Position numbers and translations under genes: made by a program | Assembly (NCBI GenBank): GCA_051294375.1 | Contig: JBJCIZ010000239.1 | Coordinates: forward strand, 2,369,476-2,433,475 | DNA: 64,000 nt | Direction: 5' to 3' | From: Paraspadella gotoi | Lineage: Eukaryota > Animalia > Chaetognatha | Notes under the pieces: model-generated | Seen by the model: the letters and a program-made list of their open reading frames with translations, nothing else | What the model was told of the DNA's origin: nothing | The model's database searches: none | Shown here: positions 16,401 to 30,345 of the stretch, one piece after another | Layout of the letters: each line of letters starts with the position of its first letter | Numbering within the stretch: the stretch's first letter is position 1

Positions 16401-17029
16401 TCACCGGCAACTGTCTACTGTTGTAATAGTTAAGAATATCATACATTGATTATCGGGTACTGCGGTTTTTAATTTTAACAGAAAGAAAGTTTTTTGTTGA
16501 GACGACAAATCCTTAAAATTACTAAGAAATTAATTTAAAAATTAACAAAAGTTTACTTTCATTTACTCGCTTATTAAGGTTTAGTTGAAGAAAACACTTG
16601 CATTATTTTTAACCGTCAAGAATGTGATCCACTGATAAGAGTGTAATAAGCTTAATCAAATGAGTTATCAAATCTTTTATTGAAAGGATGATGAGATAAG
16701 AATACAATCAATAAAAGATACAATTCTAATGCAGTGTCGAACCCTCATAGCCATAGGCACTGCTACTGCGTAACTTAGTACGGCAGTAAAAATAAAAAAA
16801 GTAAAAGTAAAAGTAACAGCGGCGCAATACATTAGAATTATCGTTCTTGTTTTTTCAAAAATCAGGTAAAATAAAAGAATATAGCTAACCAGGGTAAAGT
16901 AAAAGTTTGGAATCAAATTTAACAGTTATATCTAAAAAACTATCATATTAGTGAATATTAATCTATAATTATTTTTTTTATGAATATAGTATTAGTAACC
17001 CATTCAGCTTAATTTGGAATATCAAAATT

Positions 17030-17370
17030 TATAATATCAAGATTTCAAAATGTTTTTTTTTTAAATTCTGAGAACAGATTCAGATTCCCCGTAAAATGTT
17101 TATATAATAAAATATAAATCTTTTTTTTAAATTATATTATTAAATAGCTTAGAATTATACAAAACTATTTTTAAGCAGGAAATTAAAAATCAGTGTCTTA
17201 AATATAGTGTATCAAGATGTTTACACTTAAATATAGTTTTTTATATTTTTGACCAACTTAATAAATTTTTTTTAAAAAAGAATTATACTTTCTTATATCA
17301 ACTTTTTTCAACGAATCCAAATCTGACAACAACAACCAATATTAAAAATTTATGATATCTCGAATTACGA
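17030..17370. mobile_element. Degenerate copy of the MITE family at 27064
   Basis: Shares tttgaccaacttaat...tatatcaactttt...acgaatccaaatctg with 27318-27395 and has fold-back symmetry. Confidence 0.6.
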
Positions 17371-18339
17371 ATAACCTTGCTCTTTATTTTTCCATAGCCT
17401 ATAATATATATAGGCTATATATATGGCTTAGGCCTCTGGACTCTGGAGTCTTGAGCGTTTTGATCTCCAGGAATGTCCTGAGTAAAGGTTTTTGTTCATT
17501 TTTAATAACTAAAATTATGTATTAAAACTTATTTAGATAGAATCTTCGCCCCGGTGCTGGATGCTCCTTTGTTTTTCCAATTTCCTGTTTCTCACGTCCG
17601 TCGAGCCAAGCAACATGGACGACTTTCTGTTTAAAATAAATATATTTATTTTTATTATTGTCTAATTATAATTTTCCTATAATAAAGACTTCATCCTTGA
17701 CATTGATTCTTCATTTACCCATAAACAGTGTTCTCAGTTTGACAATTGTTCTACTCTCTAATTCTCGCGAATATATTAAAATTAAATTGTTGTCTTTTCT
17801 TTCTCTTTCCAGAAAAAAAAAAAAAGAATTTTTTAATATTTTTTCTATTAGTTACTTTTATATTATATTTTGATTGTTGATGCCGCTTTGGACGACCGTC
17901 GTTGTCTTTTTTTTTTACCAGAAAAGAAATATTTATTTTGTTCTACAGTTCTCATTCGACACTTCCAAGTCTGAATTACATTTTAAATTTGACAATACAA
18001 TCGTTTTACTTTCCCTATCGTTTTTATTCGATCATCTTTTTCTTTGACAACTGCCAATGACTCGGGCTTTCTTGGAGTTGAATACGTTCTGGAGCCTTAT
18101 GGGAAAATGAAGAGCAAGATTTTTTTAATAAATTAACGGAAAACGAAGAGGAACGGACAGAGGATAATTTCTCGGAAAGAAAATTAATTATTAATTATTA
18201 TTATTATTAATATTATTATTATATTAATATTTAAATAATGATTACGTTATAGTTAAGTAAGTTAAGGTTATGGCAAATCAAGGTTAAGAATAAATTAAGA
18301 TTAAATGTAAGTTAAGAAAAAGGGTAAGTTAAAATTAAA

Positions 18340-18476
18340 ATAGGATAAGGGTAAGTTAAGGGTAAGGTTAGGGATAAACTAGGGTTATGGATAAGTTAGG
18401 GTTATGGATAAGTTAGGGTTATGGATAAGTTAGGGTTATGGATAAGTTATGGTTATGGATAAGTTAGGGTTATGTA
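18340..18476 (+). repeat. 17-bp TTAGGG-containing tandem array
   Basis: Unit GGATAAGTTAGGGTTAT, about 5-6 copies plus degenerate edge. Confidence 0.9.
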
Positions 18477-18710
18477 AAGTCCAGACGAATATCTACAACT
18501 CAGATGCCTTTATATAGGAGATACTCGACGTTTGTCTCTTTCTCTCTTTTGCGGTCATTCCAGATTCTGCTCTGAAACGGGACTCTTCTCTAAAATAATA
18601 AACATTTGTGGATGCTTATGGACGCTTAGTGGATTCTTTATGGAGTTGTTTATTATTTACTATTGCTTCTTTGATTAATTAAGTTTAGTATTTCATTGAT
18701 TTGTATTGTA

Positions 18711-19407
18711 TGAATATCTATATGCTTTGATTATTTTATTAAGGGTACCATTAAATATCAAGACTCCAAGTGGATAAGAAACTTTATTATAAACTTTACG
18801 GCGCCATTTTCATCTATGTAAGCGATACACAAATTGTTTTAGTCCCGCGTGGCACAGAGCATTATTCTACTGAATACCATGAAAGTGACTCTCGATCAGT
18901 GATTGAAAAACAAAATAGGCGAAATAAAAGGTTAATGACGGAACAATGTTCAGCCGTCCCAGCAGGGTCAGTGGCGTATCCTGAGGACAGGATCACGGTG
19001 GGTGCGGGAGGAGCTGTAAAGTCCTGACGACCACTTATTATTCAATACGGCCCGTTCGGTCAGTGGGGCCCATCGTCTGCTGTCCGTCGGCTGCGGAAAG
19101 AAGCTGCATGTAAACAAATGACTTTAATATTGTATAAAGAGTGTAAACATTTCTCATTCACGTTTTGGAATGGATATAAGAAAGAGCGATTAGTACTTTG
19201 TGATCTATTGCGTCTTATTACTTTTCCTTTGCGAATAATTGGTGATTAATATTGATTATTTTACTGTTGAATATTCATATAGATATTACAATTGTTCGCC
19301 GGTAAGAACAGCTGAATATCTATATGCTTTGATTATTTTATTAAGGTACCATTAAATATCAAGACTCCAAGTGGATAAGAAACTTTATTATAAACTTTAC
19401 GGCGCCA
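18711..19407 (+). repeat. About 95-bp near-identical direct repeat pair (18711-18806 and 19313-19407)
   Basis: tgaatatctatatgc...aaactttacggcgcca present twice, differing by one G. Confidence 0.9.
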
Positions 19408-19483
19408 GCGGTCCCGGTTTTCAGTCCAGTTTCTCTCCCGACGTCCTTCTCCCTCTCCGCTAGGTCGAGGAGGGGGTTCTTTC

Positions 19484-19730
19484 AGTTATGGATAAGTTAG
19501 GGTTATGGATAAGTAGGGTTATGGATAAGTAGGGTTATGGATAAGTTAGGTTATGGATAATTAGGGTTATGGATAAGTTAGGGTTATGGATAAGTTAGGG
19601 TTATGGATAAGTTAGGGTTATGGATAAGTAGGGTTAGGGAATGGTTAGGGATAAGTTAGGGTTAGGGATAAGTTAGGGTGAGGGATAAGTTAGGGTGAGG
19701 GTTAAGGGTAAGTTAGGGCTAAGTTAGGTT
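19484..19730 (+). repeat. 17-bp TTAGGG-containing tandem array
   Basis: Same unit, more than 10 copies drifting toward GGGTTA-like variants. Confidence 0.9.
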
Positions 19731-20243
19731 TAAAGCTCAATTAAGATTAACTCTGTTTAAAACTAAATTTCAGCTTAAATAGGAAAATAGGAAAAAATTT
19801 TAATAATAAAAAATTTAAAAATTATCTTATTCGATAAATTCAGCCTATTTTTAGATCATTATAGTCACGGTTTTAATTTTTCTTTTCCGTAAAAAAACGA
19901 ACTTTTTTTTATCTTCTTATTCTTCCTCATTTTCCCATAATTCTCCCATTACTCTGGGATCGCCATGACTCGAATATTTCCTTTTCATGTTGTTTTTCTA
20001 TTTTTCCTTTCAGAAAAAAAAATTTAAATTCATCAAAATGTGTAAAATTGTTGTCTTTTTTCCTCTATATTTTTTTTTTTTTTTTTTTTAGTTAAATTAG
20101 TTTTTAATTGCTTAATAATCGTGCGTTCATCGGTTTCATTGAGGCAATGCCAATTTCAAAATGAAATTAATTCCTGGTTTTACTTTTGTTTATTCAGTCA
20201 AGCCTGTATCTGGACTAATGTATTTCACGCGTAAAATCTAAAA

Positions 20244-21754
<1,511 letters not shown>

Positions 21755-22116
21755 GAGTAATTTGTGTATAATATATAATATATATTTTTACAAACATTTT
21801 GAATCCAATGCCAGGTGCTCAATGTACACAAATTACCTATTGTCTGGCGGCAGAACAAAAAAGGAAACTTTAGCTTACCATCAGCTCAACTTTATTGTTA
21901 TTATATATTTTTTTCACAACAATTTTTACTTTCGATTTTTGAAATTATCTATTTTTAGTAATTATTTATTTGCATTCTTCACAGTTTACCGTTAGTAATT
22001 TTTTTTTAAAAATGGATTTAGTGCGTTTGTATTATGGTATTAATTTTTACAGGAATATTGTAAAAATGACAGAGGATGAATTTTTTCGAAAAGGAAATTC
22101 CTGATTAAAAAAAAAA

Positions 22117-25100
22117 ATGGGTGGAAACGCCTCCTCACCCAGCTCGACAGTGTATTCGGGTATTTTAATTTAATTTTGAAATATTTTGTTGTCTTAGACT
22201 TTTAACCGTTTTGAAACATAAAGAATAATATTTCTCTGCTATTTAGTAAGTTAAAAGGGTTTTTTTTTATTATAAAGGAGCTCATCTCCATTGGATGCCG
22301 GGTGAAGATGAAATGAGAACGAGCACCTCGTCGAATGACGATAGGACTTCGTCGGTGGTGAGAATCGTCCCAGAAAGATCATAACGCATTTTATGAAAAT
22401 GAAACTTAACATTTCATTATCCAACAGTACCCACACCACCATCAGGGCTTTTTCGCTACATCCAAGTCTGTTAGTGGCATGGAACCGGTATCGTCTATGA
22501 ATGTTACGATGGCTCCGACTTCCATGACCTCGACTTCTTCGCGATCCAAAATATTTGGCCTTGCTACTTTGAGACGAAAGTTTTTGGCCATCCCATCAAA
22601 AATGAGAAAAGCTGCAGGTCTTAAAATATAATCCCGAAAATATTCATTATGTAGAGATTAGAATATTTTGATTTATCGGCAGTCTATTTTAGTGATGCGT
22701 ATGTTTGTTATTTATCTCTTAAATTAATGAAATGATTAATTAATGACTTGATTGAATGTGAAATCCAATTAATTAAAATTTTTATTGAAATTTTAAAATT
22801 AAAATGTGTGTTTTTTTTGTTTGTTTTTTTCAGGTGGATTGGGGCGTAATCAGTCTAAGGAGCATGCCAGGACAATCAGAACATTGTTGTCCAATTGGAG
22901 TGTACATGAAATTCACGCATTGGTTGAAGAATATGAAACATTGATGACAATCAGAGATTTGACAATTGAAGCAGAAATTGCTAGGTATGTATTTGAAATT
23001 TATCATTAGGCATTAGGAGGAATTTTTAAAATTTTAATAAATTTGTAAAAGTTATTCTGCTGCTGAGTCTCAAGAGCTCGATTACTTGTTTTTAGACACG
23101 AGGCACCTTCGGTTGCAGTGGACTTGCTTCATTTATTCGAAAATAAAACCTTGACAGACGCAGAAATCGTGTTTAAAAAGGTTACGTTTCCGATTCATCG
23201 TTGCATTCTCGCATCCAGGTATGAAGACGCGCTGGAGAAATTCAATAAAATTTCCGTGTTGTTATTAGTCGGCCTAAAATTCAATTTAACGAATTTGCGA
23301 AAAAGAGAATCACGTCATTACTTGTTGTTATTTTTTTTAAATACCTGCAGATGCCGTTTTTTCCGTGGGCTTTTCGCTTCGCAAACGGAGTCTCCCTACA
23401 GGGTCAATCTGCCCCACGCTCCGGAAATGAGCGCCTCTCTCTTCGCCGTCCTCCTTCGCTTTCTCTACTCGGGCGAACTCACCGCTGACGAACTGAGCGG
23501 CGAGGAGGTTGAAATCTTGGCGAGGCTCACCGAGGAATTCGGGACGCCCAATCCTATTCGAGTCGATTTGCAATCGATGTTATCTAACGGGTAAACGCAT
23601 CATTGGGACACGCTGTAGTCTTTCAATGCTTGACATTATTTATCTATCGCATTGACAGATCGAGTTGCGACACTGTGTTGGTCTTCACCGCGTCCGGCCA
23701 TCCCATCGCCAAGTCTCCCGACGGAATTTCAACTTGGGAAAACGCGGGTCAGACCGAGAAAGTGACGCCTCACTCGACACTGACTCCGCAATCAACGCCG
23801 ACTCTTCCCAAATTCTTTCTTAATCTAAATTCACCCGCTGTTTCGCCGACGACGAGCCACGCGCAGGCCTCTTCTGCGGATACTCCTACCCAACCCGGGA
23901 TTCCTCACCCTCTACCTCAAGTCCAGCCAGTCGCGCTTCTTTGCCATCGCGCCGTTTTGAGCGCGCGATCCCCTTTTTTCGATTCGATGATCAAGAGGAG
24001 ATTGAAGAACCTAAGTGAGTTTATTTATTTATTTTTTTTTTAAACGAGAAAAGAATAGTAACATAACTGTGGAAGACGATTCCATCTGCTTTGAAAGAAA
24101 GGAAGGCTGGACCCAAAAGAAAGACGTCATGTTTGCTTTTTCTTTTTTCCATGCTCAGACGATTCCAACGAAAACGGCAACGTCCTTCAAATTCTAATCG
24201 ACGAGAAGGTCATTCCGAGAAAGTACGCCGTTGTTATCATGGAAGCCATTTACACGGACAAAGTAGATCTGTCGAAGATATCCGCCGGGTCATCGACCAG
24301 CGGATGCAGTCAAGTGCCGACGTTGGTCTATCCCAACAACGGCGGTCTTGGTAGTCCCTCCTCTGGAAGCATCATGAGCAACAGTTTGAAAGAAGCTGCT
24401 GCTATCAGCACCGGTAAAGGACAACATTCTCTTCTCGACGACGCGATGGAATTGTACCAAATTGGCCAGTTTATTGCTTTGGAAATTCTTTCTCAGCAGG
24501 TAAAAGCTGACTATTGATTAAACCGTAATAACTACCAAAATATAGTATTATAATAAGTAATTTTTTTAAAAAAAGCAATATTTATATAATTGATAATATA
24601 GATTAAATAGTAAAGCCTTTATTAAGTATAAAAAATTGAAAATATTGAAACTAGTATTTTGTCAAATTTTCATATATTATGCAATTGTTGATAAATAAAT
24701 ATGCCATTGTTTTTACAGAGCGAAGACATCATCGTTTCTCATCTCTCGTTGGACAATCTACCCAAGATTCTGTCTTGGAGCTCAGAATCTCACGGTTCCA
24801 CATGGGTCAAGCGTCAGTGTTTACGTTTTCTTCGCGAGGAGTTCACCGCCGTCGTTAACTCTACCTCAACTCTACTGGAACTCACGGAAGCGGACATGAT
24901 CTCTCTCCTGGAGAGCGATTTCTTGCAAGCGTCGGAACAGGACATTTTAGCCGCCGTTCTCAAATGGTCCGAACACCAACTGATTCGTCGCGCGGAAGAG
25001 CGAGAACCCAACATAGTTTCCGGTACCACGCATTCCATCACGCGCCGCGGTCTGCGCAGGCGCGACGTCAACGACTCTGACTTGCGAGACATCGCGTCGC

Positions 25101-28100
25101 CGTTGATGGCGCTGGTCAGACTTCCGCACGTGCTTCCTCCGAACAGCGAGACGTTGCAGTTCGCCCAACAACGAGGTCTTCTGTCGACTCCGCCGGCGCA
25201 TTTACTCGGGCCTAATTTTCAACCTAGTCAGTTCATTTTGACTCCAGCATTGTCGTCCGTTCATCCGCCGGTCGGAATATACACCGGAGCCTATCACTGT
25301 GTACCGGACTGCGCCGTAGGCGGTAACGGTACCGAAACTGGAGGCGCCGCTCGTATGCATACGACCCTTGGTAACATTTTGGGACCGCGTTGCTACGTCG
25401 GAGGCGGTCGTCACACTACTCACGCGAAAACGACCCCGCCGCCCCGGCCAAACAATTCCGACGCTGGGAACACGCTCTTGTTGTCGTCGTCTTCTTCGGC
25501 GGCGTGGTTGTCTCGGTTCCCGAGATCGATGACGGGCGCCGGACGATTGGCGATGGGAGGACCGACCGTCGATCGTCCCTCGTCGACGCTGAAGCCTCGA
25601 TTGTTTTTTCCTTATTTTGAAGAAGCCAAGTTAGTGCTGCAGGAACAATTGGCGGATTTGCAAGAGGATCTGGAGGTGGTGCGGTTGCGGATGTTGCGAT
25701 GCTGCATGTCGCATCATTTTCCAGACACGCTTTATATGGTCAGTCCGGTGGGTCACGACGCCGCTAACTCTACCGATTCAAATAATTTAAGTCGAATGGA
25801 CCCCTGCGAACCAGGTAAGCACTACTAAGCACCCAAGGGAAAAAATGTTATAAATCAATGTTAATAAGTCTGTTAATAATTCACGTTTTGCTATGTTTTA
25901 TTAATCTATTGTTATCATCGTTATCATATTCATAATGCAATGATCATTTTTTTTAACATTCCTTACATTAGTCTATTCCTGAAGGGGCGATTGTTTTGAA
26001 GACAGATAAATGTGATAAGCAGAATTTGATTTTTGTGAAGATTTATTAATTATTTTTTAGGTGTTGTCGCCAACTCCGAGCTCTTCATCCCTGACGTGTC
26101 GGTGATGATGAAGCTGCTCTCTCGGATGACGTCTCTTATCTTGCATCCACTAACTCAACGAGCCCTTTCTATGATATCTGGGACCAGACCAATGGAGCCT
26201 TCCGTTTCAGCGACGAGGAGAGAAAACGCTACCGAGCGAAACGCCGTTTTTTCTTTGCTGCAATTGAGGTCGATACGAGAGTTGGGTCTGCCCGATCAGG
26301 TAAATTAAAATTACTTGAATATTTTTAAAAAAATATTACTTGCCTAAGGGCTTAACAACCTTTAAATTTACAGGTCATTCACGTCCTAAAAACTCCCGCA
26401 CTCTTTTACCCCGATGATACGGATGTCCTGGACGCCACTAAAAAACTCAACTCGCTCATGATGACGCCGATTCGAAGAAGTGGTCCTCCCATTTGGGGTC
26501 CGATCGTTGGCCAACACCCACAGGTGTTTTTTTTTCTTTTAAATTTTAACTTTTTAAAATTTTCTCACAAATACGTATTTCGCTTTTCCTCCAGGAACCC
26601 GTCGCGCGGGTGGCTTCGGACGGTCGACAGCCCCAACAAGAGTTCCGTCCTCCGAAAGCGACTCCCATGAATTTCGTGGACGTCGCCCACGCGTCTCTGT
26701 CGCCTTCGGCTTCGATCGTCGACTGCGCGGATTTTCCATCATCCATTCTCGATCCGTGGGAGACCGCCAACGTCTCGTCGGGACATTTACGGCCCAACCA
26801 ACCGCCTTGTGCGGAGTCGTTGAGGATTGAGGATGACAATGTTGAAAATGAGGGCGCCGTTGGTGAGGAGTGTTTAAAAGTGTTTTGTGTAGAATACTCG
26901 ATAGATCGTTTGATGTTTGTTTATGATTAGGTGGTGACTGATTCTTGCTTAGTAGAGCGTAGTGAAAGTTACGTACGAAAATTCTAAAAGTTAATTATGA
27001 ACAACATACCATCAATGAACATTAATTTATAAAAAAAAATATTTTATGTTTTTTTAATTTTTGCAGTAGGCTATATTTATATATAGTACTATCCTTATAA
27101 AATCGAAAAATTTCAAAATAGGCTTTTCTTAATTTTTTTAATTTTGATTGCAGATTTGAATTCCTCGTCAAAAGTTGATAGAAGAAAATATAAATATAAA
27201 TAATAGAAAATATAAATCATTTTAAAAAATTCTTTCATTAAGTGAGTTAAAAATAAAAAAACTATATTTAACATATAAAATTTTAATTTTCAGCTTAAAA
27301 TATAGGTTTTTCTGATATTTGACCAACTTAATGAAAGAATTTTTAAAAAAGAGTTGTTTCTTTATATCAACTTTTCATCACGAATCCAAATCTGCAACAA
27401 AAAAAATCTTAAAAAAAAATATTTTGAAATTTTAACATTTATTGGATTAGTATCTGTATAAATATGGCCTACTGCGTAAATTGAATTTTAATTTAAGTTA
27501 AGTTTAGAATTTTTACTACTAGTGTATCACAGATTTGGGTGTTAAAAGTTTAGGTTTTAGAAAGTTAGGTTTGCAAGGGTGAAAAAGCTCGGTGAAAGTT
27601 TACACGAAAGAGTGATAAGTGATTCGGAGATATCTTTTGACGAATACCTCGTCCTATTTTTTCAAGGTGGAATCGATCAAGTCATGCGAGGCGTTGGGCC
27701 GGATTTGACCATCGGGACGTCCAACTCTCGATCGCTTTCAGCGGAATGCGTCTCCACGGCGGCATCCTCTTCTCCTGAAACGAGTTCTTCTGTTTTAACG
27801 CGGCAAGAGGCACGCCCTAATTTACCAAGGTATTCGGTTACTTCATTTAAAATTTGATATTCATTGTAATACGATATTGAATTATATTTTTCTTCTTTTA
27901 GCCATGGAAGTTTGAATAGGTTTCATATAACTCATTACGGTGGACTTATTCAAACGGGAAACAATCCGGAAAGTTGTTCAGCTGAATCGAACGACTCCTC
28001 CACAATAGACGTGAAAAGAAACAATCAATTTGAATATTCCGTGAATTCTATGGATTCAGAACGGTTATCGAGGTATTTATCTTGTAAACTCTAAAAAAAA

Positions 28101-28711
28101 AAATAATTAGCGGTGACTCACGAAATAATATTTTGTGGTTCAGGTCCGAAGCTTCTTCCCACTTACGATCATCGCGAAGTTTACAGGCTCCGTCCGGCCC
28201 TTCCGTTTCACCGCATCATCATTTTCATCATCACCTTCACACCTGCAATCACCACGCCCACCCGAATCTGCTGATTCCCAGCAGCAATTGTCTCTCCAAG
28301 TTAAACCGCGTCGACGCCGCCCCGGCGGACGCCAATCCCGCTATTCTGAGTTTTCCGGACATCGCCTCTCCACCGTCCTCCGCGCCACGCCCCTTGCCGC
28401 TTTCCCCGTTTTCGCCGCCATCTTCTCTCGATATTTTGTCGAGTCCGCCGCCGCCTGGCGTCCTCGACGGGAATTCTACGACTCGAGACTTTTCCCCTCG
28501 CTCGTCCGCGGAACCCGGGCGAATTTCTCAAAGACGTCCGACCCTTTCGGAGGATTCGACGGCTGGCTTCGAAGTCCTCGAACATCCGCCTCAAAGGAGG
28601 GGAGACGGCGTCCACCGATTCGGTCAAACTCCGGTTACTCTAATGCGGAGATCACAGACGCAGCCGGATCACGGAGAAGAAAAAATTGATGACGAGGGTC
28701 TCTTCGTATGA
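22117..28711 (+). CDS. BTBD7: BTB/POZ domain-containing protein 7
   Basis: MGGNASS N-terminus; GLATLRRKF; LLSNWSVHEIHALVEEYE; two BTB domains (HRCILASR, HRAVLSARSPFF); BACK-like SDFLQASEQDILAAVLKW; REPNIVSGTTHSI; multi-exon. Confidence 0.9.
27064..27474. mobile_element. MITE with long terminal inverted repeats in BTBD7 intron
   Basis: cagtaggctatatttata / tataaatatggcctactg termini; internal gcagatttgaattc / gaatccaaatctgc symmetry. Confidence 0.75.
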
Positions 28712-30345
28712 AACTTTAACGCGAGGGGAAAAAAAATAAATATCGTTTTTAATTTTATTTAATATTGTTCTTGTTAAATTTGTTTCTAAATCATATTATT
28801 ACTGTTAATAATGGTGAGTCGGTTACTGAAACAAAAAAAAAGTTATTTACAGCGCTTTCAAGTTAAAGGTTAGCTCGATAGTGTTTATTTTGAATATGAA
28901 AGAGAATTCCCTGAGAGATAAACGCGTAAGTGATGACAAGACGGGATAATCCTGTTACTCGTTACGTTCGGGTAAGAAGGACAGATTTCACAAATTCCAG
29001 TTAAGACATTTGTTTACCCTCGATTGCCTCCCGCCGCTAAAATTCTAGTTACTCATACATTTTTCCCCTCAAATACTAAACACTTTTAACAATTATCATT
29101 GACTGAAATAGGCGATAAAACCTATAAAAAGCAAACGCAATTCATTTAACAATCTTACTTGTCAAAGTCCTTGACAAAGGAGTTATTAAATAATTTTATG
29201 ATTTTGATAGTGGCAAAATTTCCTTTTCAGGTATTTTTAGCGGTGGATACTAATGCATTAAAATTGTATTTATTTTTTCATCATATGAAAAATTTGTATC
29301 GATTCTCACAATTACTAAACTCTTGTACACAATATAGAAGTCACACGATGTAATATTGTCTCTACATAAAACCTATTCTAGTCTAGTTGTATCCTCATGT
29401 AGGATTCACCTGTGTACTTAAATTTTCTATTACAATTTGAGATGTATTGTTATGATTCGAGGATTTGAAAAATCATGGAATGCTAGACGATAAGGCTTTT
29501 TACGCAATGAATCTTACTTTTTGATAGCTACCACTTATTCGTATTTACAGCCTCGTCTTGCAAATCAATGTTCGTGATCACTCCTATCGTGTTCACAACC
29601 ATCGTCCCGATGTTTTGGTCATCATTGTTGCCACCACAATTTTTTTGCATTTCTCTGGATTTTTCATTTTTGATGTCTTAATTTTCATATCATTGTCATT
29701 CCTACCATCCCATTCCTCCCATCAAATATTTTATTATTCCCATCAGAAGATAACATGAGCTATTGTGTTTAATGAAGGAGTAATTGTTAAATGTTTATAT
29801 TTAACCGTGCGACATTCTTACGATTTACTATCGAAAAGTGCATTGACGTTTCGTTCTTAACGACTGCATTATGCAATATTCATTCTGTGCGCTGCCGATG
29901 TCAATCTCTTATCATCAGATACTCGGATCGATAAAACGTTACGTAATTTGTTTTTAGATAACGATAAATGCGATGGGCAATCGATGAAAGAATTTTAACT
30001 CGTAATGTACCCGGACGTAGAGCTCCATCCCAATGTTTTCGGGATTAGAGGAACGTCCCATAAACCAAGCGTCATTGAAATTTCTCAATTTCCCGCCGCT
30101 TCGATTTTAAATCGCGCCATGATTCTCAACCTCTTCGAATCTCTCGAGACGTTCCGTCCCTCAGAATCCTGCCGTTGGAAACACGAGCAACCCTCGAACG
30201 ATAATTGGTTCCAAACTGTGGCCTGAAAAGAATCCAAACATCCGATTTACCTCTTCTCTCGCTGCTCATATACTTTTGTTGCTATCGTATTGGCGTTAAT
30301 AAGGACATCGTTGATACGGGGAGCTTTTTCTTGTACTTTCTTAGC

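Larger units (their letters stand above)
18097..19940. mobile_element. Composite element with imperfect terminal inverted repeats enclosing telomere-like arrays
   Basis: ttatgggaaaatga (18097) versus tcattttcccataa (19927-19940); internal direct repeat and two 17-bp arrays. Confidence 0.45.

Noticed and set aside
18340-19730. CRISPR-like array
   Set aside because: Head-to-tail repeats with no unique spacers, no cas genes, eukaryotic context
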